This document shows positions 30,409-43,673 of a stretch of 64,000 nucleotides of DNA, one piece after another (position 1 is the first letter of the stretch; every line of letters starts with the position of its first letter). The DNA is from Chrysomallon squamiferum (taxonomy: Eukaryota > Animalia > Mollusca). The notes beneath the pieces were generated by a model, which was given only the letters and a program-made list of their open reading frames with translations, was not told the origin of the DNA and made no database searches. Where the stretch lies: positions 19,034,001-19,098,000 of the forward strand of contig CM022672.1 in the NCBI GenBank assembly GCA_012295275.1, given 5' to 3'. The position numbers were made by a program, and so were the translations under genes.

Positions 30409-31066
30409 TACTACTACCACTACTCCTCTTCCTCTTCCTCTTCCTCCTCCTCCTCCTCCTCCTACTACTACTACTACTACTACTATTATCATCATCATCA
30501 TCATCACCATCATTATCGTTTACATTTATCCATCTGTCCTTATAACAACATTTACGATCTGCAGTAAACTACTTCTCTGCTTACACACCTGTCATTCAAT
30601 CGATTGAACAAAGCACAGGCTGAGTACATCCGTACCATTTACAAACACGTTTTTTTAAAATTTTTATTTCACCTATCTATAAACCGTTTACCTCGAATTC
30701 ATCATTATTAATTTTCTCTACGATCCTAAACGACCCTTTTTGTGGTCTTTCTCTCACTGTTTGATTATTGTGGATACTGTTAGAGAAACAGACTGTCAGA
30801 TTTTTATTTTTATTATTTAGGGATCGTTTTCTGAACAGATGTCAAATAAAAATAATGGTGTAAAAAGCGCAGTCTGTGGAAACACATCGGTCGTAGAGTT
30901 AAGCTCGGCGAGAAGCGAGAAATGATTAAAAACGTATTGGAAACGTTACAAACGTTTTCGTTTTTTTTTTTGCGAAATAAGATTTTAAGAAAGTTTTGCT
31001 TAATTCAGAAGAAGACGTTAATAATAATAATAATAATAATAATAACAACAGCGATAATAATAATAA

Positions 31067-31097
<31 letters not shown>

Positions 31098-31487
31098 AAT
31101 AACAACAACAACAACAACCGCAACAACAACAGCAATAATAATAATAACATTAATAATAATAATAATAAAGGCAAAGTAATAAAATCATGGCAGATTCTGG
31201 TTTTAATTTTAAAACTGTCATCATGGCTTAAAGGTTTTTTTTTCTTTTTCTCAGAAGTTTTTTAATGTTTACTGATAAAACCTCTCTCAGTTAAAAATAT
31301 GTGTACTAATTGTATCCCACTTATTTTGCCTTTCGACATAATTAGACCAACGAAAGTAATAAATAATATCTATCCATATATCTATATCAATATGTATATA
31401 TATATATATATATATATTTAATCTTTAAAAGTAATTGAAAATTTGATACACAAAAACATTTTTTTTAACAAAAAAGAAGAAATTTAT

Positions 31488-31564
<77 letters not shown>

Positions 31565-31841
31565 ATCAATAGTAGTTGAAGCAGTAGTAGTAGTAGTAAA
31601 AACTGCTGGTAACAATAATTTCAGTTATATTATTAATTAGTTTTTATTATTACAAATAAATAACAGCTACAGAAACATCAATAATAATTCAGTAACAGTT
31701 GCAGTCTTAATGTTAGTAGTAGTGATAGCAACAGCAGTAGCAGCAGCAGCAGTAGTAGGAAATGTAGCAGCAACAACAGTATTTACTTATTTATTTTTAA
31801 ACATTTTTATTTATTTTTATTATTATTATTATCATCATCAC

Positions 31842-31887
<46 letters not shown>

Positions 31888-32465
31888 TTATTTCTATTTT
31901 TATTATATTTTTATTATATTTTTTTTGAGAATTCAGAAGCTGTAACACATTTTTTATCCCTTTAGTAAAAACATTTAAAAAAAAAATTAGAAATAGAATT
32001 AAAGATATATATATATATATATATATCTTTAATTTAATTTAATTTAATTTTATATATATATAAAATATAGTAGAAAATGCTTATGGAAATATTTTTATAT
32101 TTAAAATATTGCTTAACAAGCATTTTTAACATTTTCCAGTTATCATGCACAGAAATCATTTGCCTATAAAAAACATTGTAAATATTGACTTTTATATTTA
32201 TATTTTTATATTTATCTTTAAGCAGAATATTTTAATTGTTTTCATCTGACAGTCTTAAATTTGTATTTGAGACTATAAAGAAAACAGCATTAGTAAACAG
32301 AATAAATAACATATATATAAACTGTGAAAGAAACAAAGATCGTTAAAACATATATCAGTAAATGCATCTACTTTTTAGTTTAATTATTTAAATGTCGTCT
32401 TTACATATACTCAAAGGTGTTTCGTTAATTATTATAGTTGTTTTTGTAATTATTATTATTATTGT

Positions 32466-32554
<89 letters not shown>

Positions 32555-32843
32555 ATATAATAAATAAAAAACATATAAATTTAAAAAACAAGTATATATA
32601 AAACGGCTAAATTAAGTCAGATAAATGAAATTAACAAATATATAAATAAAAACGAAAACAGATTTTAAAAGTTGGAAAACAAAATATAGAAATAAGAAAA
32701 AAGCAACAAACAGGGAAGTAATGTGATATTTTAACCAAAGAGTTTATTCTGATTTGTATTTAAATAAACATTCAACCATTTATTTATCAAAGCATTATTT
32801 ATTTATGTTTTCTATATGGTTTTTATTTTTATTTATTTATTTA

Positions 32844-32927
<84 letters not shown>

Positions 32928-33434
32928 TTTAAATTTAGTTATTTGGTTTTGTAGATCATTAAAGTAGTTAGGTGTAACATTGTCAGTTCTGAACGCAGAC
33001 ATTAATTAAAAGTAATATCTGGCCTGACAAAAATAAATAAATAAATAAATAAATATATATATAAATAAATCAAAACAAGCGCTCCTAACATTATTGAACT
33101 GATTTAAATAATAAAGTAATTTATATAAATGCATAACAACTTTTTTTGTGAACGTGAGGTAATTCTACTGCCATACGACCAATAACGATATTAAATAATG
33201 AATTATGTATATGTCAATGACCGTTTAATTGTTGTTGTTATTATCATCATCATCATCATCATCATAATCATCTCATCATTATCATCCATCACCAGTGTTA
33301 TTACTACTACTATTACTACTACTATTAGTACTAATACCAATACTACTACTAATACATATATATATATATATATATATATGTTATTGTTTATTTTATTTTT
33401 CCAGAATGACACAAATACTAAATTCGACACTTAC
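26189..33434 (-). other. Msx intron (7,246 bp, GT-AG, phase 1)
   Basis: GTAAGT donor, polypyrimidine tract + CAG acceptor, frame-compatible, and positioned just upstream of the homeobox as in vertebrate Msx genes. Confidence 0.88.
27676..27980. repeat. Intronic AT-rich minisatellite, ~35-38-bp units, ~8 copies with alternating subtypes
   Basis: aaatgaaatttaaagtgataaaataaaactttgaaaa alternates with aaatgaaaattaaaagaatataataaaacttt-type units. Confidence 0.85.
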
Positions 33435-33915
33435 TGTTTGTGTGAGAAAAGCCCGGGTTGTACAACCAGCTGGGAAATGCAGGAGGTGCTGCAGACGTTG
33501 GCCATTTGCTTTCAGGACACTGCCCAGGGGAAGAGAGAGTAGGGGACGGCGCGGGCGACGCCTCAGTCTCTGGGGTGCAGGGTCTTTTCGTCGGCTTTGC
33601 CAAAATGTCGTCCATGGAAAAAGAACACCGTACGGGAGTTTTAACGGAAGTAGGCGACCTGTCTTTGACGCTCGAGTCTATGGTGTGGTTGTTGTGGCTG
33701 CTGGGGCTCAAGGGCGCCGCCACGACGGAGGAACAAGACGAAGACGACGACGATGATGACGTGTTTGAAACGGTTTTAGACATACTGGACTCGGTGTCTG
33801 AAAGTCGCCTTTCGGAAGAAGGAGATAGGTCAGTTTTCACGGACGGGATTCTGCAGTCCGCGCTGAGATTTGAAACCAGAGGCTTGAACGCCGAGTTCGA
33901 ACTCGTTTTCAACAT
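33435..33915 (-). CDS. Msx: Msx/msh homeobox protein, coding exon 1 (N-terminal region with Ser tract, eh1 repressor motif and Trp motif)
   Basis: ATG at 33915 (context gtcATG, purine at -3) opens MLKTSSNSAF...FSMDDILAKP...PAFPSWLYNPGFSHTN. It ends at a perfect donor AACA|GTAAGT (33434-33429) in phase 1, matching the phase of the homeobox exon acceptor. 481 nt. Confidence 0.9.
33601..33621 (-). other. eh1 (Groucho/TLE-binding) motif FSMDDIL
   Basis: Matches the FSIxxIL eh1 consensus known in Msx and other NK-class proteins. Confidence 0.88.
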
Positions 33916-34730
33916 GACGACACACACACACACAAACGTTGTCCACGAAACACAAAAAAAAACTGTCCTGCGAGAAAAATCCAACAAAAACAAATACACG
34001 AGAGAAAAGGAAAATCACTTCACCACTTCGATCGTCACTGTCTGAAAGTGATAGCTGTTTATTTTCCGCCGATACTCACCGATAGGCTGGGCCTGCGAGG
34101 TCACGTGAGTGGGCGTTCCTAATGTAAAATGATATCAACCCCCCCTTGTCTATGAATATTCATTACTTTCTTTATCCGACTCGCTACTCGGCTCGGCGAA
34201 TCAGCGCGTACCGGGATTCACTCGCACAAAGTGAACGAAGTTTTCAGCCGTAAACTGGGTATGGATGAAGGCTTTTCGTGTTATCTACAGACTTGTTGAT
34301 TTATTTTACTACATCGCTTTACTGCTTGGTCGCTTGTCGGGGATGAAACAGATTATGTTTGTATATGTATAGTAAGAAAAGACAAGAAAAAAAAGAAAAA
34401 ATACAAAAAAAAAATAAAAGAATGTTTTTCAAAGTAATTTTCACAACAAAAAAAAAAAGAGTCTCGATGTTAAAGCGAATGACCAGACAATAGAGCCGTG
34501 TCCACGGTTCAATTAACTCAACGGTGTGGAACACGCACTAACAACCGTGACAAATATAATTAGCCCCCACAAAACAATCTGTCATCATTTCCTTTTTAAC
34601 CTGTTGAAATGTGACTTTCGAAAATGACATACTTTCTATAGGCGAGGCGCCACACCCTGGACCATCAAAGACCCGAGCAGACCAACACTTCCAGCCTTTA
34701 CCCGTCCAAATCCGCTCTTTGTCGACTCAT
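33916..34730 (-). promoter_or_regulatory. Msx 5' leader and proximal promoter region
   Basis: CpG-rich non-repetitive block directly upstream of the ATG. Contains GTCACGTGA (34100-34108), palindrome ATGAATATTCAT (34152-34163), GGCGCC (34646) and CATCAAAG (34663). TSS not determinable. Confidence 0.6.
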
Positions 34731-34987
34731 CTTTAATTCTTTCTTTCTTTTTTTTTTTTTTTTTTTTTCCCCTATTTTATTTAAACAAGAAAAACACTTG
34801 TCTCTTTTGTTTTGTTTATTTTGTTTTGTCATGCCCAAAGCGATGTTGATCGCGTTTACATATTTTTGGACAATGCAGTCATACAAAGTTTGTTTGAAAC
34901 ACACACCTTTGCGAAGTATAAACAATTTCTGCTGTTTTTGTTACAAGCCTGGTTTTTTTGGTTTGTTTGTTTGTTTTTGTTTTTGTT

Positions 34988-35027
<40 letters not shown>

Positions 35028-35431
35028 CTGTTTCAAAGAAATTTGACAACAGGTGAATAACGTTCTTTAAGCCGTTTTGTAAATAAGAAGTGTGATTTTA
35101 ATTATCTCTTGTTTTTATTCTCGTTTTTTTTTTTTTTAAATAATAATAATAAAATGATGATGACGAAAATAAAATTTGAACAACAAAGCTTTGTAGTAAT
35201 AGTAAAAATAGTAGTAGTAGTAGTAATGGTAGTAGTAATTACTAAAGCAACTGAATAGTGGTAGTTACTGAAGTAAAAGTTGTAGTAGAAATAGTACTAA
35301 TAGCTGAAGTAATACAGTAGACGTAGTAGTAAATGTAGGAGCAGTAGTAGTAGCAGTAATGTTTTAATAATAATGAAATCATTATTACAGTGATGATAAT
35401 GATGCTGGAGAAGAAGAAGAAGAAGATGATA

Positions 35432-35463
<32 letters not shown>

Positions 35464-36399
35464 AAAAACACGTATAATAACAGTGATGAAGATGGTGGTG
35501 GTATGAATAATTAAATAAACAAAGTAACAAAATAACAAATAAATAAACAAACAAACAATTAAATAAATAAGCAAACAAACAATTAAATAAATAAGCAAAC
35601 AAACAAATAAATAATTTAATACAGTAATATACTTCACGGTATTTTTGAATGGTTTAAGAGTTAATGTTGTACATTCTTCAGACCACTCCACGCTGCACAG
35701 AGAGATAAAGAACGAAGCTAGGATGGGAACTCAGTATCAAGTAACTTTTAACATGTTAACACACCAAGAATTCATCAGATTCAGTTTATAGCGTACATTA
35801 TGCAGGTTTTTTTTATATATATATTATTATCACATGGTTTTATCACAAGAAAATATCTTAACAACAAAGAATCATTATTTGCGCCCTAAGCAAAATTGCA
35901 ACACCTCCTCCATGAATATATCCACAAGTTAAAGTTAAAGTTATGTAGAAAAACGAATATTTGTTAAATAAAAAAAAAATCTCTTTTTCTCTTTTTTCTG
36001 TTTATCGATCCCTCTTTCATTTTCTGTTCCTCTCATACTCTTTTTCTCTTTCTCTCACATTCTTTCTTTCTCTTTTTCTCTCCCTCTCTTTCTTTCTCCG
36101 TCTGTCTTTCTGTCTTTCTGTATGCATTAAAATTTGTTTCTCTCTTTATTATGTCGTCCATTCTCTCTCTACCGTTCCCATTCACATCCTATTTTATAAT
36201 TTAATCACTTATAAATCAGTCCATCCTTCTGTCCTCAAGACAATCAGTTCTCCAGTCGTTATGATTTGAATTGTATCAGTATCTCTATTCATCTTTCACA
36301 GTCAATGATTTTACCACGGCACAACTGAATTTACAGTTGAGATTTATTTGTTCTTTTCAGATCATTATATTTAAATTTTAAAATTCACTGACAGAAGAA

Positions 36400-36434
<35 letters not shown>

Positions 36435-37794
36435 AGAGATGTAACGAGCGTTGATAAATTGAGAAATTCGTTATTATTAATTCACTACGCTGGTCCAATT
36501 AATAGCTTGTTAGTGAATCATCTTTTCCGTATTCTTGTCACTGATTTGTAAAGGTGTATTAAGCGTGTGTATTCGGAGAAAATCTATAAGGTAATGCGCA
36601 TGATAACAAAATGATGACATTGTAAACAAGCGAGGCGACTAATTGCAGTGTTAAATAATTAACGAAACACATCGTTGAGTACATGTTTACATAAAGACAC
36701 CTTTGTGAATTACATTTGTCTTTATTATAAAAAGGTGCATGCATAATTATGTTGGTATATGATTTAACGATTTCTTTATATTCTACTTCTGATTTTTTTT
36801 TTTTTTTTTTTTTTTTTTAACGAAAGTAAGGGAGAAGATTAATCAGACATGTAATTATGTACGCAAGAAAACGAGGGAAGAGAGGGGAGAGAGACAGATA
36901 CAGGGAAAAACAAAGAGACAGACAGTCACAGAGACAATCAAAGAGACAGACAGTCCATTGGAGAGAGAGACAGTCGACTGTGTTTATATATATTTGTATT
37001 TGTTTGTATATGAATACGATTATTTTATACTTGTATCATGTTTATGTCATGATTCTAGAGCAGATATTAGCAGTTAAAATATAATTTAATTTCAACAATC
37101 CTGGAGCACTTAAACATAGAAACTAAACCTGACAATTTAATTAAACTTTCATCACGTCTTTTTAAACTTTACTCAAACAACTGAACACACGAAACACGAA
37201 AGATGGTGCATCAAATCTGAATCAAGAAGAAATCTTCTACGCTAATCCTTAATCCTTAATTATTATTATTATTATTATTTCTTTTGTTCCCTCCACGAAA
37301 GTCCTATCTCTTCTTCATTTTTATTTCATTACCATTTTAATTCCACGGTACACACGTCGATAAAAGCTTTTAAAAAAAATTTCAGAGCTGCTTTATTTAT
37401 TTACGCATTCTTTATCTACGCGTTCAGTACGAATTTTTTCTCCTCAAGTCGTGGAAATTATCAATAAACTTTTCTCTTTTTTTTTTTTTTTTTTTTTTCT
37501 CTCTTTCAAAGATCATGAATATTTAATCGTCTTCGTGTGGCGTTTGTTCTTTCGTCAGAAGGTGTAAAGCAATTAGACACATCGTATTAGTGACAATGAC
37601 TGGCATTCTAAAGCAATTATAAATAATAATAATTAATAATCGGAGAAATCCAATTACACCCGCTAACTAGGGTTAACGTCTTATTTATTTATTTATGAGT
37701 TGTCTGAGAATCTCGCAGAGTGAGGTCGTTGTCAAGAACGACAACCGTTTAAGCAATTAGTTTTACTAACAGACGTTTCATTTTTTTTTTTTTT

Positions 37795-37832
<38 letters not shown>

Positions 37833-38633
37833 AATTTTAATATTTTGATAGGTTAATAGATTGAAAGTTAGAGATGTAGATAATATATATAATATAATAG
37901 ATACTATGGATGTATATATTTATATGTGTACGTATGTACGTGTGTGTGTGTGTATACATACATACATATATATATATGTGTGTGTGTATGTATGTATGTA
38001 TGTATGTAAATACATGTGTATGAATATATATGTATGTATATAATATGTATGTATATATTTATAAAAGTGTACTTAGGTACGTGTATGTGTGTGTGTGTAT
38101 ACATATATATATATATATATGTGTATGTAGGTACGTAAATACATGTGTATGAATATATATATATATATACACTAACACTTAGAATAAATAAACACTCTAA
38201 TTAAATACGGTAACGTGTATATAACGGAAACTGTTCAGTTAACGCTAGTTTGAATGTCTACACAGGCGAAGTGTCAACACCCGCACACAGTGGCAGTGAT
38301 ATCAACACAGCAAATATCAACACTGACGTGCGACAATCGCCTGTTACTGTAACTTAGTGTACATCTGGTAACTGTTTTAATTGTACTGGCAACGGTTCTG
38401 AAATACACGACACGAACACTTTGGTTGTCTGTAGCAAGTTAGACAGACGACATAGCAAGATTTAAATTTTATTATCACAGCCATGATTTTCTCCAATTAA
38501 CCGTTTAAAAATGTGCACCGGTCTGTGGACGAAGCAAAGCATTATGGTTGGTATGTTAGCAAGTTAGTCGTGTTTTTAAGAAAACAGCGAACTAACCTGC
38601 TTTTTGTTAACTTTATTAATTGTTTGCGTAATT

Positions 38634-38706
<73 letters not shown>

Positions 38707-41456
38707 ATATATATATATATATTCACAAAAATTAAAAACAGAACAACATTAAAGAGAAACAATAATTTCGAATTAATTAAAACATGGTTCTGCTAATACA
38801 GATTCTAATACCTTAAAAAGAGTTCTCAAACCATTTACTCCGTCACATCTTTCTTACAGAACAGAACTTTATTGCAAGTCGTTACTGTATATGAGAAATA
38901 TTAACTGTATATTTATACAAACAAAATGGTTTTGCAACACTAGAAATATTCTTAAGTTATTACCACTTTATTCTATTGAAATTAAGGAATAACCCTACTC
39001 GCCATAATCAAACATTAAATTATCAACTGCGATTGTCTGTCATGCAAGTAAGTGATTGTTTTCATATCTCATTCTTCTAAATGTGTCTGATAACTGGCAT
39101 CCGATCAGTCTAATCGTTTATTTCTAATTGTTTTTTGTTTTTGTTTTTTATTTCACTGACGTCACCGATTTTGGTAAAGTATCCCAGTTTTCATTTCGAC
39201 GCGGCCATTTTTGCTACACTGGCCCATAAAGATTAAAGTGACAATTTCCAAATCATGAAATTTCTTCTATCAATAGATATACATATATATACATATCACA
39301 TTAATACTTAGCCAGGTAATAACACTATATAACTGTATATACAATAAAGTTTATTAAAACTGTAACTTTGACTGATGAAATATATTCATGCATTGATTGC
39401 AGCGTTAGGCTGAAGCCTAAAAGCAGATTTACAAATAATGTAATAATAATACAAAAAAAAAGAAAAAAAAGGCTTAACGTTACTTGAAAACAAGCACTTG
39501 GCATTCGGATATTAAAAAAAAAACACTGATAAATATATCTGTTTCTTTGTTTATTTATAATTTAAACTAACTCTTACCGAATGCGTTATTTGGTAACGTG
39601 AAACTGAAGTTTATTAACGCTTTAATTAAACAGTAAACTCGTTTTATTAAATTCGCTTTGTAACATACACAGTCATTTGTCAAAAACAATATCACTGTAA
39701 CGATGATGTGTATACTGCAGTTTTATTAGTCGACGTTAATAAATAAAAATAATGATGACGCTAATGATAATGATGATTGTGATGATAAAAACAATATTAA
39801 CGACAACGAAAAGAAATAAGACTATGTTGATGGCAGTATTACTGCCATTGCTTATTAACATCATTACTTCTAGTTGTTAGTCGTTGTATTAGCAATGATT
39901 CTAATAGTTGTAATACATACATACAGACACTAACACACACACACACACACATACATACATACATACACACACACATATATAAATACATACAGACACACAT
40001 ACAAACAAATATACACACACACACATACATACATACATGCATAGATACATACATACACACATACATACATACAGACAGAGAGACACACACACACACATGC
40101 TACATATATACATACATACAAACATACATAAGTTCATAATTACATTTGTGCATATAATATAAAACAACACAATAAAATGTAACACAATACAGTTCGACAT
40201 AATATACTGTAATAATGTTTTATACATTACTATTTACAAAAAATATATATATATCTATCTATCTATCTGTATACATATATAGACTGTTGTTAGCGTGAAT
40301 GTCCACAGGCAAACCTGGATGCGAGGACAAGGAAAGCGAAGAGAATCTCGAGCAGGATGGTTAAACAACTGATTATTCTAAACCAACGACACGGGCCGCT
40401 TCGAAACAACAACGCCGTGCACGTACACTTTTACTGTCTATTTATTTTCACCGTAAAACTATATTAAAACATTACACGCAACGACGCACATGAGATATGC
40501 GATCGTATTTTCCCCACCCCAGCCCCTGTGATTAACCCGCGTGTGATATCGGTTGTGTTTATTTTTATTTCTGTTCTTCTCTCGCGTAGATAACACCCAT
40601 TGCTTATTATTAGCGATATCTACTCACCGCTAATTGCATTAAATTAGACCCAAAACCGAAGCTCTGTTCATAAATATTTATCCGCTTTGATGGTTTTATA
40701 TAAGCTAGATAACAATACCAATAATTCACAATTGACACGCTCTGATAAATTAATTATCATTAAATACATTAACGTTAATAGGGAAACACGTTCATAATGA
40801 TCTCGTCTCCGACAGGTCTGTGACGGAAGGAACAATGAAAACTATTTTGTTTCTGACGAGTTTCGCGTATATTTTGTTTTTGTTGTCCAATATGGTAATT
40901 AAATTGATATATTGCCGTAATAATAATAAAAATTCAGATCTCCGTTTCTGCATCTGTCGCCAGCAAATTATAGGAATTTTATATCTCTGGTGTTATTGTT
41001 CTAAACGGACCCAGCAGTACAGGCTGATTAGATAAAAACGCTCGCCGTGCGCTGGTAGATTACGATTTATTTTTTAACGGTGAATTTCACGGACTGAAAG
41101 CAAGATTGTGTGAAATGCGCTCACAATGATATCAGTGAATGACGGCGACAACAATGCGAACATTTCGTTTTCATTATAATGTAGACGTCGTTGTTATCAT
41201 CTTTTACATACATGTGTGTATAATTATATTTATATTATTATTAGATATACAACAGCAACACACAGATGTATATGTATGTGTGTGTGTGTGTGTGTTTTTG
41301 TGTTGTGTGTGTGTATGTGTGTCTATGAGAGAGAGAGAGAGTATTGTATACATATATTTATTTCTTTATGTTAGATATTTTGTCTGGTTATAACACAAAC
41401 GTAAAACTGATACATAGTTATTTACATAATACTCACCAGATATTTTAATTATCATT

Positions 41457-41490
<34 letters not shown>

Positions 41491-42160
41491 CCATCATTAT
41501 TGCCATTTTTAGTATTAATATCCATATCATCATCATTATTACCGAACGTTTAAAAAAAAAAAAAATAACAAAACCAAAAAAAAACAACAAAAAAACGTGT
41601 TTATCCCAGGTCAGAAGCTGATAACCCCTAAAATCCTCAAACACACGACGTACAAATAATTCGTTAGTAACGTAAAACCCGCCTAATTGTATAGATGTAG
41701 GTGACAATTCTTTTTATAACGAAGCGTTAAATTTCAACACCACCCGTAGCTTCAGACTCGCCGCGATACCAAACTTTTCCGAGTATAAAGGTTAACAAAA
41801 AAAAAAAAAAAAAAAAAAAAAAAAACACTGACAGCGATCGAGAGATAAGACATATTTACGACGACGGAAAAGAAGTTAGCGGTGCGCAATAAAAAAAAGG
41901 AGGGATTCACGATGTCGGGACGGGAGAGTCTGGGCCTCTTGGTAGTTCCTTTTTTGTAACCCGCTTAGGAAACCGGATATACTTGATGAAAACAAATATG
42001 GCGCCACGGGTCCCAGTTTACGACAGTTTAACGGCTCGGTGCGGCTTGTCTGACTGCTCGTATGATTTCGGGGTGTGCACCCGATTATTACCGGTTCAAG
42101 ATTCGTTATCTTACTCATTTGTTTTCTGTTAGGCAGGCTATCTGTAAATTCAAAGTGTGA

Positions 42161-42197
<37 letters not shown>

Positions 42198-43026
42198 TGG
42201 AATACGATATTCAGATGTGTGTGTGGTTTTTTTTTCTTTCCTGTGTTTTTAAAAAAAAAAAAAATAAAACAACAAAACAAAACAAAACAAAACAAAACCG
42301 TCATCAGCCGATATTGCTGAAAAAAAAAAAATACTGAGCATACCCAAGATAGAAGCTAATAAAATAGTTTTCGATATTTTAAAAAAAAAAAATTTAATCG
42401 GCTTCTTGGCTACAAGAAGGTGTAATAGTCAGGGCATCAAAGACAATGTCAAGAGTTTTTTTTTTTTTTTTTCTGTTTTTGTTTTTTTTAAATCAGTCAT
42501 CTGGTTTTGTTTGGTGTGATATGATTTATATCATATCGAATCATATCATATATCACGTTATTTTTACGTGATAGTTTTAATGTCACAATGCAGGCCGAAG
42601 AGTGAAGCCCACTCTGTGTAATGGTTGAAATTAATCCGCATCTGATCACGTTAGCATTAACTAAACAAAATAAATGAAGTTGTCACCGACAGGTGCAAGC
42701 ACAGAATAGTGTAGAGTAACATCATCTAGGTACGATACAGCTCAGCAAAAACATACAACCTAATAGCTTGCATTAATATACCACTTACTGCACAACGGCT
42801 TAGCGTATTGCAGCATAAAACTATAAGCGACATTCTTTGTTTGAATATAATGCGTGCAGTTGTGATCAGATAACGTAATGTAGGTATATCTGTCGTATCA
42901 CGTGTCGGATGTCTCAGTCCGCCAGCTCTGTTTTTAAAGGATGGGATCATTCTAGCCGCGAGTTTATGAGAGTCGTTACGTAATAAATATTAATTGTATA
43001 TTACTACTTCCTTATCATTTAGAGAT

Positions 43027-43132
<106 letters not shown>

Positions 43133-43581
43133 ATGATGCGATTTTATGACCAGACATACATTCTAGAAACTATTTTTCACTTCAGCCTAGAGAAAACAAT
43201 AAGCATATAGAAACTGAGGCCATAGTAATTCATAATCCAGTAAGTATGTTCTTTCTCCCACGATATTTCACATCAGATAACATCGAGAGAATGAATGCCA
43301 GATAATTTTCACTTGTCTCCCGCTTCGTATCTGCATTTACTGAACAAGAAATATATCGATGTTAAGTAGAATATCTTTAACTCAGATAAATGCATGCTTA
43401 TGTATTTGTGAATTAAATTTTTATGCTGTTATCATAAGCATCTTGAAAGCTTATAATTTATGTGTGCATATGTGTTTGGGAGTCTGCTGACTTGTTTCTC
43501 TGTGTGAGTCTGGGTGTGTATGAACAGATACACAGATACGCATAAAGAGATACACAGAGCGAACAAAGCGAGAAATGGAGA

Positions 43582-43673
<92 letters not shown>

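Noticed and set aside
33916-33999. 28-aa N-terminal extension of Msx in the ORF track
   Set aside because: Starts at GTG and runs through U-rich/(UG)n leader sequence. The ATG at 33915 is the plausible start.
33458-34045. 195-aa + strand ORF with acidic tract opposite Msx exon 1
   Set aside because: Antisense shadow of the GC-rich coding exon. TTG start, and poly-D is simply the complement of the Ser codons.
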